A stretch of DNA of 64,000 bases from an uncultured Candidatus Peribacteria bacterium (GCA_964494085.1 CAZBQJ010000003.1:3502-67501); one strand, 5' to 3'. Positions 36,615 through 46,661 are shown, counted from the stretch's first letter. Notes: generated by a model from the sequence alone, not told the origin. Numbers and translations are program-made.

Positions 36615-36833
36615 TTGGTGGCCGAAGTTTATGAGCAAGTGGCCGCAGCTATAGCAGATCTGGAAGCCCTGGCAGTAGCAGCAGCCGATCTAAGCCCGAA
36701 TATTGAGGTGTCAGACCGGATTTTAGACGAAATAGAAGAGGTTTTAGCAGAGTTGGAAAATTTACTAAATGGCTCAACCTGGATGGGAAGAGTTATACCG
36801 GAGATTATGCTGAGTTTGCGGGGAAACGAATAG
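36615..36833 (+). CDS. small acidic Ala/Glu/Leu-rich ORF (72 aa, TTG start)
   Basis: ORF from the track. The AGGAGG lies 25 nt upstream, which is too far for a good RBS. An equally long antisense ORF (36629..36880) exists. Coding status is uncertain. Confidence 0.3.
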   Translation: MVAEVYEQVAAAIADLEALAVAAADLSPNIEVSDRILDEIEEVLAELENLLNGSTWMGRVIPEIMLSLRGNE

Positions 36834-36898
36834 AAATTCTCACAGCCACAGAAATTCTCGCTCGCCTCAAACTCATCCACCTAAAACTCTACCGAACC

Positions 36899-37285
36899 AT
36901 GGAATACCTAGGCCTGGAGCCAAAATTGCAGATTACACCAATCGCTTTGCAAATCTCTACCCTCGGTAAAAAAATCGACGCAAAAAGAGCGAAACTGAAA
37001 ATAAGCCCCAGCGACACCTTTGTTTGGGAAGATATTAAAGATGAAGATCTTCTATACGCTCCAACCAGCATCAAAGCCATCAACGGCTATGAAGGGATCG
37101 AAATTGAGGGTGGAAAAACCAAAAGTCAATGGATCAAAGACAATAAGGGTTTTCTGATCGACATTGTTCCAACCAAAGAAAATTTAGAGGCGGATCCAAA
37201 AATCCAGAAAGATCAAGCTGGTCAGATCAACCACGACGCTTTGCAAGCCGATCAATACGCTACTAAATCCTATCAGTCAGCATGA
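36899..37285 (+). CDS. hypothetical 128-aa protein
   Basis: ORF with normal composition. Its reading frame stays open for 64 codons upstream (back to 36707) with no ATG, GTG or TTG. Confidence 0.4.
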   Translation: MEYLGLEPKLQITPIALQISTLGKKIDAKRAKLKISPSDTFVWEDIKDEDLLYAPTSIKAINGYEGIEIEGGKTKSQWIKDNKGFLIDIVPTKENLEADPKIQKDQAGQINHDALQADQYATKSYQSA

Positions 37286-37323
37286 GAATATCCGCCTCCG
37301 TTGCACGGTCAGGGTAAAATGAA

Positions 37324-38268
37324 TTACTCCAATACTACCTGATGCTTGTTCAGATATTCATAAGCCCAGAAACTGGCCGTCACTGCTTCAGCTGAGCCGG
37401 TGATCGCTTGTTTGAAAACTGTATCGCAAACATCTCCCGCACCAAACGCACCCGGGATATTGGTTTCGCTATTGCGGTTGATAATTATTTCTCGGCGCGC
37501 ATTCAGAGCAACCCCCAATTTTTCGGCTTCCTTGGAGTGGGGAATCAATCCGATAGCTATGAAAACGCCATCCATCGCCATTTCTCGACCATCCTTTAAA
37601 CGGATTTTTTGGACTTTATCTGTACCGATGATTTCCTCCACTTCAGCATTACTCAACAATTCTATTTTTGAATTAGCTTTCACTCTCTCCAAATTAACCG
37701 GTTCGGGATGAAGTTTTGTCCTGGAAATCACATAAACTTTGTCGGCAAATTCGGACAATAGTAGAGCCTCTTTAGCGGCACTGTCGCCACTACCCACCAC
37801 GCAAACCGTTTTCTGTTTGTAAAACGCCCCGTCACAAAGTGCGCAGTAGGATACTCCTTTATTTTCCAATTCTTTCTCACCCGGACAGCCCAAATGTTTG
37901 TGATTACTGCCGGTAGCGAACAAAACTGTTTTAGCCAAATATTGATGACTGGCGCTACGGACGATAAACCCGGCCTTCTTCCCGGCCTTTTCATCTTCTG
38001 CTGAAAGCGCAATTTGCTCGACTTCCAAAACTCTTTCATTTTTCAATTCAGCCCCAAAAGCCATCGCATGATCAATCAAATTGGAAGCCAAGTCCGGTCC
38101 GGAAATCTTGATAATACCGGGCCAGTTCTCCACTATATTGGTCGTAGTGATCAGCCCGCCGGGTAATTCCGCAATCATCACTGTTTTAAGATTTAAGCGG
38201 GTGGCGTACATGGCTCCACTGGCGCCGGCGCAGCCGGCGCCAATTACTAGAAAATCAAATTGTTCCAT
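37324..38268 (-). CDS. trxB: thioredoxin-disulfide reductase
   Basis: FAD fold VIGAGCAGASGA, redox centre CALCDG, NADPH fold GSGDSAAKEA. Confidence 0.9.
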   Translation of the reverse strand: MEQFDFLVIGAGCAGASGAMYATRLNLKTVMIAELPGGLITTTNIVENWPGIIKISGPDLASNLIDHAMAFGAELKNERVLEVEQIALSAEDEKAGKKAGFIVRSASHQYLAKTVLFATGSNHKHLGCPGEKELENKGVSYCALCDGAFYKQKTVCVVGSGDSAAKEALLLSEFADKVYVISRTKLHPEPVNLERVKANSKIELLSNAEVEEIIGTDKVQKIRLKDGREMAMDGVFIAIGLIPHSKEAEKLGVALNARREIIINRNSETNIPGAFGAGDVCDTVFKQAITGSAEAVTASFWAYEYLNKHQVVLE

Positions 38269-38328
38269 AAATAATTAATAAATCTTTAGAAATGATGATG
38301 ACGGAGTAAGGCTCAATAGGATCTATTT

Positions 38329-38850
38329 CTAACCTTTGCCTAATGTTTTCTTTCCCGGCTTCCAATTGGCTGGACAAAGTTCGCCAGTCTGAAGACTCTG
38401 CAATACTCGCAATGTTTCATCTGCACTACGGCCCACTGTTAGATCGTGTACTAATTGATAGCGCAAAATTCCTTCGGGGTCGATAATAAATGTTCCTCTC
38501 AATGAATGGCCTTTATCTTCTATCAAAACTCCAAAGTCACGACTCATTTCTCTGTTCATATCTGAGAATAGTGGATAATTCAATTTTCCCAAGTCTTTCA
38601 TCCAGGCCATATGTGAATGGACAGAATCAACACTTCCACCTAGAACTACTGCTCCCAGCTTGGTGAATTCGGGCATTTTTTCGCTCATCTCGACGATTTC
38701 AGTTGGGCATACAAAGGTGAAATCCAAAGGATAGAAAAATAATACCACCCATTTGCCTTTCAAATCGGCTGAAGAGACTTTCGAGACTTTGTCCTCGAAG
38801 ACTGTCACTATAGAGAATTCCGGAGCGGGTTTTCCTACTTGTATAAACAT
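38329..38850 (-). CDS. typical 2-Cys peroxiredoxin (AhpC/Prx1)
   Basis: Peroxidatic motif DFTFVCPTE and resolving-Cys motif GELCPANW. Confidence 0.9.
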   Translation of the reverse strand: MFIQVGKPAPEFSIVTVFEDKVSKVSSADLKGKWVVLFFYPLDFTFVCPTEIVEMSEKMPEFTKLGAVVLGGSVDSVHSHMAWMKDLGKLNYPLFSDMNREMSRDFGVLIEDKGHSLRGTFIIDPEGILRYQLVHDLTVGRSADETLRVLQSLQTGELCPANWKPGKKTLGKG

Positions 38851-38905
38851 ATTTTTTGGGCTTTAATTAATATTGGTTTTGATATAAAAACTTACCTCTG
38901 AATCA

Positions 38906-39208
38906 ATGATAAATCAAGCGGAGCTCTTGGCAAAATACGACGACAAAAGGGCCAATTATTATCTTGTCGACGTTCGCTCAAACCAGGAATTTTCCGAAAG
39001 TCACCTTCCCGGGGCAATCAATATCCCTATCGATAGTTTAGAATCACGGTTAAGCGAAGTTCCAAAAGACCGGCATATCATTACAATCTGTTCCCATGGA
39101 GTCCGCAGTGGAAGTGCAGAACGCTACCTTCAGCAAAACGGCTATCAGGCCGATAGTTTACAAGGTGGCCTATCAATGTGGGCCGGTCAGCTGGAAAGTT
39201 CTAATTAA
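38906..39208 (+). CDS. single-domain rhodanese sulfurtransferase
   Basis: 100 aa. LVDVRSNQEF, HLPGAINIP, active-site loop CSHGVRS. Confidence 0.85.
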   Translation: MINQAELLAKYDDKRANYYLVDVRSNQEFSESHLPGAINIPIDSLESRLSEVPKDRHIITICSHGVRSGSAERYLQQNGYQADSLQGGLSMWAGQLESSN

Positions 39209-40085
39209 AGAATTTTTTTTTGGGTTCGCTGTTACCAAAAGCATTATCAATCGAGATATTCTTTTTTGTCTGATCATTTACCAAAGGTTTATTGGTAAAG
39301 GTAGTGGGCGGTTTTCCCGGCATACCTACAACCGGCTGAATTTTCCTCTCACCATTTTTGGAATTATTACTTTTTCGTCTATTGTTCCTGCCAAAAATCG
39401 TTGGGCTCACTTGTTGATTGGCGGTACCGGAAACCCGATTGGTAGCGGATAAATTGCTTCCAGAGTAGGGAATTGCAGTTTTTAGAATTGGTGCCGCGGA
39501 TGGTGTCGAAAAACTACTACTTTTCCTCATTGTTTTTGGAGATCCTCCACTGCTGGCACTTCTAATCCGACGCCTGTTCCCAATTAGAAAATCTGCGTCT
39601 TTATCCCCCAAATCAGTAAAGTGATCTACCACCTCGAGGATCTTGGCATTGGTAGTTTTTTCAAAAGCCATCAATTCTACACGCACCCCACGAGACTGGC
39701 AGTAACGGACAACCTCCAAGAAATCTCCATCACCAGAACCCAGCACTATCACATCAACCTTTTCAGTCAGACGAATCATATCTACAGCGATTCCCACATC
39801 CCAATCACCCTTCTTTGCTCCAGTATGAAAAACCTGCAAATCTTTGACCCGTGTTTCTATGCCAATGTCAGTCAATGCATCAAAAAACTTCTCTTCAGTA
39901 TATTCTTCCGAACGAATCACATAGGCAAAAGCTCTAATCAACTTACGGCCATTGACAGCCACTCTGATTAATTCTTCATAATTAACATTGGCCCGATAGT
40001 TGGATTTGGCCGAATGATAAAGATTTTGCGTATCCATGAAGATCGCTACCCGCTGGTCACTTTGTGCAGCTAAATTTATTTCCAT
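39201..40085 (-). CDS. NYN/LabA-like (DUF88) putative RNase domain with a basic low-complexity C-terminal tail
   Basis: VAIFMDTQNLYHS and VIVLGSGDGDFL are characteristic of LabA-like NYN domains. The last roughly 120 aa are Ser/Asn/Lys/Arg-rich. Confidence 0.8.
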   Translation of the reverse strand: MEINLAAQSDQRVAIFMDTQNLYHSAKSNYRANVNYEELIRVAVNGRKLIRAFAYVIRSEEYTEEKFFDALTDIGIETRVKDLQVFHTGAKKGDWDVGIAVDMIRLTEKVDVIVLGSGDGDFLEVVRYCQSRGVRVELMAFEKTTNAKILEVVDHFTDLGDKDADFLIGNRRRIRSASSGGSPKTMRKSSSFSTPSAAPILKTAIPYSGSNLSATNRVSGTANQQVSPTIFGRNNRRKSNNSKNGERKIQPVVGMPGKPPTTFTNKPLVNDQTKKNISIDNAFGNSEPKKKFFN

Positions 40086-40091
40086 TTTTGT

Positions 40092-40634
40092 TTATTTACA
40101 AACCGTAGTATTCCACATTCCTTTCCTCTCTATATTAGCCTCTTTTTCTAAATTTACAAATTCCTCCTTCAGACCGAAGGGGTATTCCGGCGTAGCAAAA
40201 GCAAAACCCTCTGCTACCAAGATTCTATTTAACATTGCTCCATCAGGTAAATAGACATATCGCAACTCCCGTTGATATTTGTCCAGGTTTTGCGCTTGGG
40301 GGTCAGCCTCCAATCTAACTATTTTTCCTTCAATCAGCATCTTGGTTTCATCGCTAGCCTCTTGCCCATAGCATTGTACTGGTTTCCGGGGATCTTTGGT
40401 CTCAGGAGTATCAACTCCCAATAGTCGCACCGTTTTCCGAACGCCTTGGTCCAGATAAACAAAAGTATCTCCGTCAACAACCCTTTCCACCTGAAAATAA
40501 CCATTATTAATCAGATTAGTCTGAGTAGATGAACCTACTGAGGTTGGCCAGTAATTATCGAAAATCGCCACTACAAATATCACCAAAACCGCCCACAAAA
40601 ATTGCTTCAATTTTTTATCTATACTTTTCTTCAT
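40092..40634 (-). CDS. membrane-anchored staphylococcal-type thermonuclease (SNase)
   Basis: N-terminal anchor (FLWAVLVIFVVAIF). SNase motifs VVDGDTF, VRLLGVDTPE, RELRYVYL. Confidence 0.85.
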   Translation of the reverse strand: MKKSIDKKLKQFLWAVLVIFVVAIFDNYWPTSVGSSTQTNLINNGYFQVERVVDGDTFVYLDQGVRKTVRLLGVDTPETKDPRKPVQCYGQEASDETKMLIEGKIVRLEADPQAQNLDKYQRELRYVYLPDGAMLNRILVAEGFAFATPEYPFGLKEEFVNLEKEANIERKGMWNTTVCK

Positions 40635-40643
40635 TAAATCAAT

Positions 40644-40958
40644 TTAGTTACCAAACAGCATCGCTTTCAATTCCGGATTCATCAGCGCTGAGCTCCATGG
40701 TGGATCCCAGACTATATCTATTTTTACATCTACTACATGCGGTTGAATACGTAGTAATGAGTCAATCTCGGTGGTTATCTGGCCTCCTGCCGGGCAGCCC
40801 AGAGAAGTCAAAGTCATGGTTACTTTGATGTTTCCGGGAGTTTCTTCTTCAACATCATAAATCAACCCCATGTCGGTAATCCCTAAGGAAGTATCCGGGT
40901 CTAATACCTGATTGATCAAATCCAGGTACTGTTTTTTTGTCCACGGTTTTTTATTCAT
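40644..40958 (-). CDS. DUF59 / SufT-like Fe-S assembly protein
   Basis: 104 aa with LGITDMGLIYDV and TLTSLGCPAGG motifs. Overlaps the sufU stop. Confidence 0.8.
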   Translation of the reverse strand: MNKKPWTKKQYLDLINQVLDPDTSLGITDMGLIYDVEEETPGNIKVTMTLTSLGCPAGGQITTEIDSLLRIQPHVVDVKIDIVWDPPWSSALMNPELKAMLFGN

Positions 40959-41331
40959 GTTCTGCGTGATAAATTGTTGCGGCCTTTTTTAGACAACTAA
41001 AGCCCAGTAAAGCACATTTGATTCTTCCGGGTGAAATCGGGATTTCCAACATTTCCAATACTTCATCACTGTTCATGTTCACTATATCATTAAGTTTCTC
41101 TCCCAGGATTTTTTCACCCAAGAGCGAGGTCGAAGCTACGCTAATCGCACAACCATCTCCGCTAAAACCAAATCCCTTGATATAACCCTGATCGTCCAGT
41201 TTTACACTTAATCTGACTTTGTCTCCACAAAGTGGATTAAAATCTTCGCCAGTTATCTGAGCATCATCCAGCAAACCCGCTTGTCGAGGGTTTTTAAAAT
41301 GATCCAAAATAATTTCGCCGTAAATATCCAT
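40951..41331 (-). CDS. sufU: SufU-type Fe-S/sulfur-transfer scaffold
   Basis: Conserved Cys motifs NPLCGD, GDGCAIS and RIKCALL. Confidence 0.85.
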   Translation of the reverse strand: MDIYGEIILDHFKNPRQAGLLDDAQITGEDFNPLCGDKVRLSVKLDDQGYIKGFGFSGDGCAISVASTSLLGEKILGEKLNDIVNMNSDEVLEMLEIPISPGRIKCALLGFSCLKKAATIYHAEHE

Positions 41332-41332
41332 T

Positions 41333-42547
41333 TTATTTAAATAGTTTAATCGCTTTTTCTACACTCTCTACCAATTTCTCTAAATCTGCTTGATCGTTGT
41401 AAATGGAAAAACTGGCACGTGCCAAGGCATTCAAACCAAGGCTTCGCAGCAAAGGTTTTGCGCAATGATGTCCGGCTCTGATGCAAACATTGTCTTCACC
41501 AAGTATCGAGGCCAAATCGTGAGGGTGAACCTTTTCCACACTGAAGGCAATCATCGAATTTGATTGATCAACGGCCCTTGGTCCATAGATCTTTATCTGC
41601 GGTATTTTGGCCAAAATTCCTCGGGCTTGAATAACTAATTGTTTTTCATGTTCTATAATGTTCTCCCAGCCAATTTCTCCAATCATCTTTAGAGCTTCCG
41701 CCATTCCGGCCAGTCCGCCGACATTGGGTGTTCCGGCTTCAAATTTCGTTGGAGCTTCCAGCCATAGATCCGGTAAATCCTTTAGCATTCCACCGCCTGT
41801 CAAGAATGGCGGAAGCTTTTCCGCCAACTCCTTTTTTATAAATGTAAAACCTGTTCCCATTGGGCCAAATAATTTATGCCCCGTAAATACAGCAGCATCA
41901 CATTTCATCACTTTAACATCAGTTTTTTGATGAGCGGCACTTTGCGCGCAATCAACTATCAACAGAGCCCCATGAGCGTGCGCCAAAACCTCTACTCCAG
42001 CTAAATCCACTTGGACTCCCAGTACATTGGAAAGCGCTGTCACTGCCACTACCTTGGTTTTCCTATCAATCAGTTTTTCCCAATCATGTTCATCCAGTGC
42101 ACCACTTTCATTTTTGACTTTCACTACTCTAAATTCTGCTCCCCGGCGTTTGGCAATTTCTTGCCAGGGTAGATAATTGGCATGATGCTCCAATTCTGTT
42201 ACCACAATGTTATCTCCCGGTTCGATCAGCTTCTCGCCAATTCCAAAAGCCAATAAATTGGTTCCTTCCGTCGCATTTTTAGTGAAAACAATGTCCTCAG
42301 TTTCAGCTCCGATGAAATCCGCTGCCACTTTTCTACTCTCTTCATAAATTTTGTCAGCTTGCTCAGCCAATCCATAAACTCCTCGATGAATGTTGGCGTT
42401 GGAGTGAAGATAAAAGTCCTCCATGGCCCGCAGCACGCGTGCCGGTTTCTGAGTCGTTGAAGCATTGTCCAGGTAAACCAAAGACTTGGACCGAAATTGC
42501 TCACTTTGAAAAATTGGAAAAGCCTTTTTGATACCTGATAATTGCAT
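41333..42547 (-). CDS. sufS: cysteine desulfurase SufS (class II)
   Basis: PLP-Lys motif FTGHKLFGPMG and active-site Cys RAGHHCAKP. Confidence 0.9.
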   Translation of the reverse strand: MQLSGIKKAFPIFQSEQFRSKSLVYLDNASTTQKPARVLRAMEDFYLHSNANIHRGVYGLAEQADKIYEESRKVAADFIGAETEDIVFTKNATEGTNLLAFGIGEKLIEPGDNIVVTELEHHANYLPWQEIAKRRGAEFRVVKVKNESGALDEHDWEKLIDRKTKVVAVTALSNVLGVQVDLAGVEVLAHAHGALLIVDCAQSAAHQKTDVKVMKCDAAVFTGHKLFGPMGTGFTFIKKELAEKLPPFLTGGGMLKDLPDLWLEAPTKFEAGTPNVGGLAGMAEALKMIGEIGWENIIEHEKQLVIQARGILAKIPQIKIYGPRAVDQSNSMIAFSVEKVHPHDLASILGEDNVCIRAGHHCAKPLLRSLGLNALARASFSIYNDQADLEKLVESVEKAIKLFK

Positions 42548-42613
42548 AGAAATAAGCCGTCAAAGCCATGAAACCAGCTTCGATAATAGTCTTTTCAGCT
42601 CTTTTTAGCAATC

Positions 42614-43450
42614 TTATTCTGAAAGATAGATCATACTGGCGTAACCTACCACCGAGTCTGGATCATCACCACCTTCAGAAGTATTTCCATAAGCCAAAAA
42701 CATTGGTTGCCATTCTTTCAATAAAGCAATTTCATTGATCAATGCTACACCCCAGAGAGCCAAAGCCTGCCCGGCTACTTTCACGCCACTGACATCCCGC
42801 GCCAAAATAGCATTAATAGTATCCTGATCTGTTTTTCTGGCTTTAGCGTCTGTTAAAAAATGCGAGAGATCAGTGCTCACTACCACCAAGGTATTGTCAT
42901 CAATAATTTCGCTTAGTTTTGCGGCAACCTCCGCCAAGTCAATTTTATTGCCAAGTAGTAATGGTACCAGTTGAAAATTTTTGAGGAATTTCTGCAAGTA
43001 TGGAAGTTGAACTTCCAACGAATACTCTTTGGCAAAAGCATTCTCATTGTATTGAAAATTAAAATTGGTAGATAATTTTTCAATACATTTCTTGTCTAGC
43101 AGTACCTCTCCCAAAGGGGATTGATAAGCGTCAAAACCGGTCAAAGCCAGACCACTGAAACTGAAAAAATGGGCTTTTCCTATTAAAATCACTCGTGAAT
43201 AATTCCTATTCATCACCTTTTGGTAAGCCGAAAGCGCTATTTTGGCCGAATAACTGAAACCGGCCGACGGAACTATCATTCCACCGATGCTTAATTCACT
43301 CAAATCCGCACCCAGCATAGCCGCGTCCATCAATTTTATCTCTATCTGATCGTTCAGCTCCTGTGCGTCAGAAGGATAGTATAGTCCGGCAAACTCCGGT
43401 TTTCTGACCTCCAAAGGGTGTTTCTGGCCGTCAATGGTACTCATCGGCAT
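42614..43450 (-). CDS. Memo-like / AmmeMemoRadiSam system protein B family
   Basis: VPSAGFSYSA (the family normally has PHAGxxYSG), EYSLEVQLPYLQ, STDLSHF. Confidence 0.7.
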   Translation of the reverse strand: MPMSTIDGQKHPLEVRKPEFAGLYYPSDAQELNDQIEIKLMDAAMLGADLSELSIGGMIVPSAGFSYSAKIALSAYQKVMNRNYSRVILIGKAHFFSFSGLALTGFDAYQSPLGEVLLDKKCIEKLSTNFNFQYNENAFAKEYSLEVQLPYLQKFLKNFQLVPLLLGNKIDLAEVAAKLSEIIDDNTLVVVSTDLSHFLTDAKARKTDQDTINAILARDVSGVKVAGQALALWGVALINEIALLKEWQPMFLAYGNTSEGGDDPDSVVGYASMIYLSE

Positions 43451-43471
43451 TTACAAAAAGGCTAAATCCTT

Positions 43472-43780
43472 TTATTGTAACACAACCACGATGTTTTGGC
43501 CATCTATCTCTACCGGAAAAGTTTTCAATGGGATGGCCGCGGGCAATGCTGTTACTTGCCCGGTACGAATATCAAACTGTGCGCCATGCCAAGGACATTC
43601 CACTCGAAATTGATTCAGTTCGCCCGCGGCCAATGAAGCTCCTCTATGTGTACAATTATCTTGAACGGCAAAATATTTACCTTCGATCAAAGCCAACATA
43701 ATCGCTTGTTCACCTGCCATTACCCTTTTCTTTTGTCCAGCTGGGAGATCGCCCACTTGGGCAACAATAATTTTATTCAT
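43472..43780 (-). CDS. Rieske [2Fe-2S] ferredoxin-like protein
   Basis: CTHRGASL and CPWHGAQF Rieske boxes. Start moved to MNKIIVAQ (ATG at 43780), which overlaps the sufD stop by 8 nt. Confidence 0.8.
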   Translation of the reverse strand: MNKIIVAQVGDLPAGQKKRVMAGEQAIMLALIEGKYFAVQDNCTHRGASLAAGELNQFRVECPWHGAQFDIRTGQVTALPAAIPLKTFPVEIDGQNIVVVLQ

Positions 43781-44426
43781 CTTTATAATTTTCTGGTAAT
43801 AATGTGACGATTTTTTCAGCAACACTGTCACGCTGGGATTGCTCCAAGCCGGTAAAAAAGTTTTTCCCTTCATTTAAAAATGCTTCCAATAGTAGTCTTT
43901 TCGCTTGCGACCTACTAAATCCACGACTTTCCAAATAAAACAAACTGTCATCGTCAACTCTTCCAAAGGTAGCGGCATGGCCGGCCTTTACTTCATTGGC
44001 CACAATCTCCAATGAAGGGATCGCTTTTGCTCTAGCTTCAGTGGACATTAGTAGTGATTCCGACTTCAAATAAGTGTCCGTAGCCGAAGCATCTTTGTTG
44101 ACCACTATATTGCCCCGAAAATCCAGTTGACTTTGTTCAAAAAGCACAGCCTTCAGGGCAACCCTGGCTTTAGTGTCAGGGGCTAGATGAGCAATCAAAG
44201 TTGATAGGTTAATCAGGCATTTGTCATTGCCGATTACTATTATCAACAATTCCAGTTCAGCCCCACTTTCCACCAATTTATAATCTATCTTTGCTTTTAT
44301 AGTCCGGTTGAATACCAAAACTTGCTGCAACTTCTGTCCTTGTTCCAGAACAATCTCAAAATTATCAAGATTTTCATCCCATTTCCAAGGCTCGGAAATT
44401 TTTTGTTCAGTATTTTTTATCTTCAT
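43773..44426 (-). CDS. sufD: SufD (short form, 217 aa)
   Basis: C-terminal SufBD signature IPSLEIVANEVKAGHAATFGRVDDDSLFYLESRGFS. Confidence 0.75.
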   Translation of the reverse strand: MKIKNTEQKISEPWKWDENLDNFEIVLEQGQKLQQVLVFNRTIKAKIDYKLVESGAELELLIIVIGNDKCLINLSTLIAHLAPDTKARVALKAVLFEQSQLDFRGNIVVNKDASATDTYLKSESLLMSTEARAKAIPSLEIVANEVKAGHAATFGRVDDDSLFYLESRGFSRSQAKRLLLEAFLNEGKNFFTGLEQSQRDSVAEKIVTLLPENYKDE

Positions 44427-44488
44427 ATTGTTTTGCTAATTGAAGCCTTCATTCCGCTTGAAAAAGTAAACCCGGTAAATCGGAAAGT

Positions 44489-45916
44489 TTAACCAACTGA
44501 GCCTTCCATTTCCATTTCCATCAGTCGATTCATTTCCAAAGCGTATTCCATCGGTAATATTTTAATTATCGGGTCGATGAAGCCATTTACTATCATGGTC
44601 GCTGCTTCCGCTTCCGTAAATCCTCTCGACATCAGGTAAAATAATTGTTCTTCGGAAATCTTGGCCACAGTTGCCTCATGGGCCACAGCCGCATCATTTT
44701 CCTGGACATCCATAGTCGGGTAAGTATCAGAGCGAGAATGCCCATCCAGCAGCAAAGCATCACAAACCACTCGGGCTTTTACTCCGGTCGCACCGGGTAA
44801 TACTTGCAGCAACCCTCGATAAGTCGAGCGACCCCCGTCTTTCGATAGAGATTTTGCTGTAATTGTAGAGCTGGTATCCGGCGCGGCGTGGATCACCTTT
44901 GCTCCGGCGTCCTGATGTTGGCCTTTGCCCGCATAGGCCACACTGAGGATTTCCGCTTTGGCGCCGCGCCCCATCAGATAAACAGACGGGTATTTCATGG
45001 TTAATTTGGAACCCAGATTACAATCAAGCCAAAACATCGAGGCGTTTTCTTCACAGCGCGTGCGTTTAGTGACCAGGTTGTAGACATTATTCGACCAGTT
45101 TTGAATGGTTGAATATTGGACGCGCGCGCCCTTTTTACAAATTATTTCCACTACAGCCGAATGCAGTGAATTGGAGGAATAAGTCGGGGCTGTACAACCC
45201 TCAACATAGTGAACGGAACTTCCTTCATCGGCAATAATCAGCGTCCTCTCAAATTGCCCCATAAATTCAGCATTGATCCTGAAATAGGCTTGTAAAGGTA
45301 GTTCTATATGCACTCCTTTTGGCACGTAAATAAAACTCCCTCCACTCCAAACAGCTGTATTTAACGCGGCAAATTTATTGTCACGAGCCGGAACGATAGT
45401 TCCAAAATATTCCTGAAAATATTCGGGATATTTCTTCAAAGCCGCGTCTGTGCCTTCAAATAGTACGCCTTTTTTGGCCAAAGTTTCCTGCAAATTATGA
45501 TAAACAATTTCCGATTCAAATTGAGCGCCCACACCCGCCAGGTAGGTGCGTTCAGCCTGGGGAATACCCAAACGGTCAAAAGTATTTTTGATTTCTGTCG
45601 GAACTTCTTCCCAATCCTTCCGCTCTTTTTCTGAGGGCTTGAGATAATAATGGATTTTTTCAAAGTTAATCTCACTCAAATCCCCACCAAAATTAGGCAT
45701 CGGTTTGGAATTGAATATTTCCAATGCTCTCAAACGGATGGCCAACATCCATTCAGGTTCGTCTTTCTGTCTGGAAATCTCTCGAACTACTTCTTCCGAA
45801 AGGCCTTGAGCAATTTTAAAAGTAGCTTGATGTTTAGTTTTAAACCCAAACTTATAATTCCCCAATTGTTTGGCCAGAATTTTTGTACTCACTTTTTTTC
45901 CTTTGATCTTGGACAT
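44489..45916 (-). CDS. sufB: Fe-S cluster assembly protein SufB
   Basis: 475 aa. [42 protein letters not shown]. Confidence 0.95.
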   Translation of the reverse strand: MSKIKGKKVSTKILAKQLGNYKFGFKTKHQATFKIAQGLSEEVVREISRQKDEPEWMLAIRLRALEIFNSKPMPNFGGDLSEINFEKIHYYLKPSEKERKDWEEVPTEIKNTFDRLGIPQAERTYLAGVGAQFESEIVYHNLQETLAKKGVLFEGTDAALKKYPEYFQEYFGTIVPARDNKFAALNTAVWSGGSFIYVPKGVHIELPLQAYFRINAEFMGQFERTLIIADEGSSVHYVEGCTAPTYSSNSLHSAVVEIICKKGARVQYSTIQNWSNNVYNLVTKRTRCEENASMFWLDCNLGSKLTMKYPSVYLMGRGAKAEILSVAYAGKGQHQDAGAKVIHAAPDTSSTITAKSLSKDGGRSTYRGLLQVLPGATGVKARVVCDALLLDGHSRSDTYPTMDVQENDAAVAHEATVAKISEEQLFYLMSRGFTEAEAATMIVNGFIDPIIKILPMEYALEMNRLMEMEMEGSVG

Positions 45917-45917
45917 C

Positions 45918-46661
45918 TTAAATATTTTGGTAACCTTCTTCTTCCAACTTTTCCACTAACTCCATTCCACCACTTTTAACCAGTCTTCCTGCTCTCATCA
46001 CATGAACCCGATCGGCTTTTACATAATGTAAAAGCCTCTGATAATGGGTGATTATAATCATGCCCATTCCAGTTTCCTGCTTTATTCCTTCAATCGCTTC
46101 AGCTGTTTTCTTTAGAGAATCGATGTCCAAGCCTGAATCAATTTCATCGAGTAAAGCCAAGTCTGGTTGTAATGCAGCCATTTGAGCGATCTCCGCTCGT
46201 TTCTTTTCTCCACCTGAAAAACCTTCATTCACACCTCTTCCGATAAATTGTTTATCCAAATGTACTTTCCCCAGCAATTCTCCGGCAATTCTAAAGTACT
46301 CACCAACTCCCAGTTGTTTGGCTTGAGGATCTTTCCCAATAGCCCTCAGGTTGGAGGCCTGTCGTAGGAAATTCCCAAAGGTAATCCCGGCCACTTCTTT
46401 CGGATATTGGAATCCCAAGAAAATTCCCAGTCTAGCCCGCTCATCGGTAGGCATTTTCAAGATATCTTTATCTTTAAATTCTATACTGCCGCCCCTGATT
46501 TTATATTTGGGGTGGCCCATGATGGCATAACACAGGGTACTCTTTCCAGAACCATTTGGCCCCATGATAGCATGAGTCTCACCTGGTTTTACTTCCAAAC
46601 TAAAGCCGTCCAAGATTACCTTACCTTCAGCTTCCACCTTTAAGTCCTTAATTTTGAGCAT
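45918..46661 (-). CDS. sufC: Fe-S cluster assembly ATPase SufC
   Basis: Walker [13 protein letters not shown] signature FSGGEKKR, Walker [13 protein letters not shown]. Confidence 0.95.
   Translation of the reverse strand: MLKIKDLKVEAEGKVILDGFSLEVKPGETHAIMGPNGSGKSTLCYAIMGHPKYKIRGGSIEFKDKDILKMPTDERARLGIFLGFQYPKEVAGITFGNFLRQASNLRAIGKDPQAKQLGVGEYFRIAGELLGKVHLDKQFIGRGVNEGFSGGEKKRAEIAQMAALQPDLALLDEIDSGLDIDSLKKTAEAIEGIKQETGMGMIIITHYQRLLHYVKADRVHVMRAGRLVKSGGMELVEKLEEEGYQNI

Noticed and set aside
36615-36833. Resemblance of SDRILDEIEEVLAELEN to the Pup helix (LLDEIDDVLEENAE), and a C-terminal Glu, suggesting a Pup/UBact-like modifier.
   Set aside because: No Dop/PafA ligase, Mpa/ARC ATPase or proteasome genes lie in the window. 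The C-terminus is RGNE rather than GGQ or GGE. The distance from the motif to the end is longer than in Pup. The match is a low-complexity acidic helix, and the ORF itself is doubtful.
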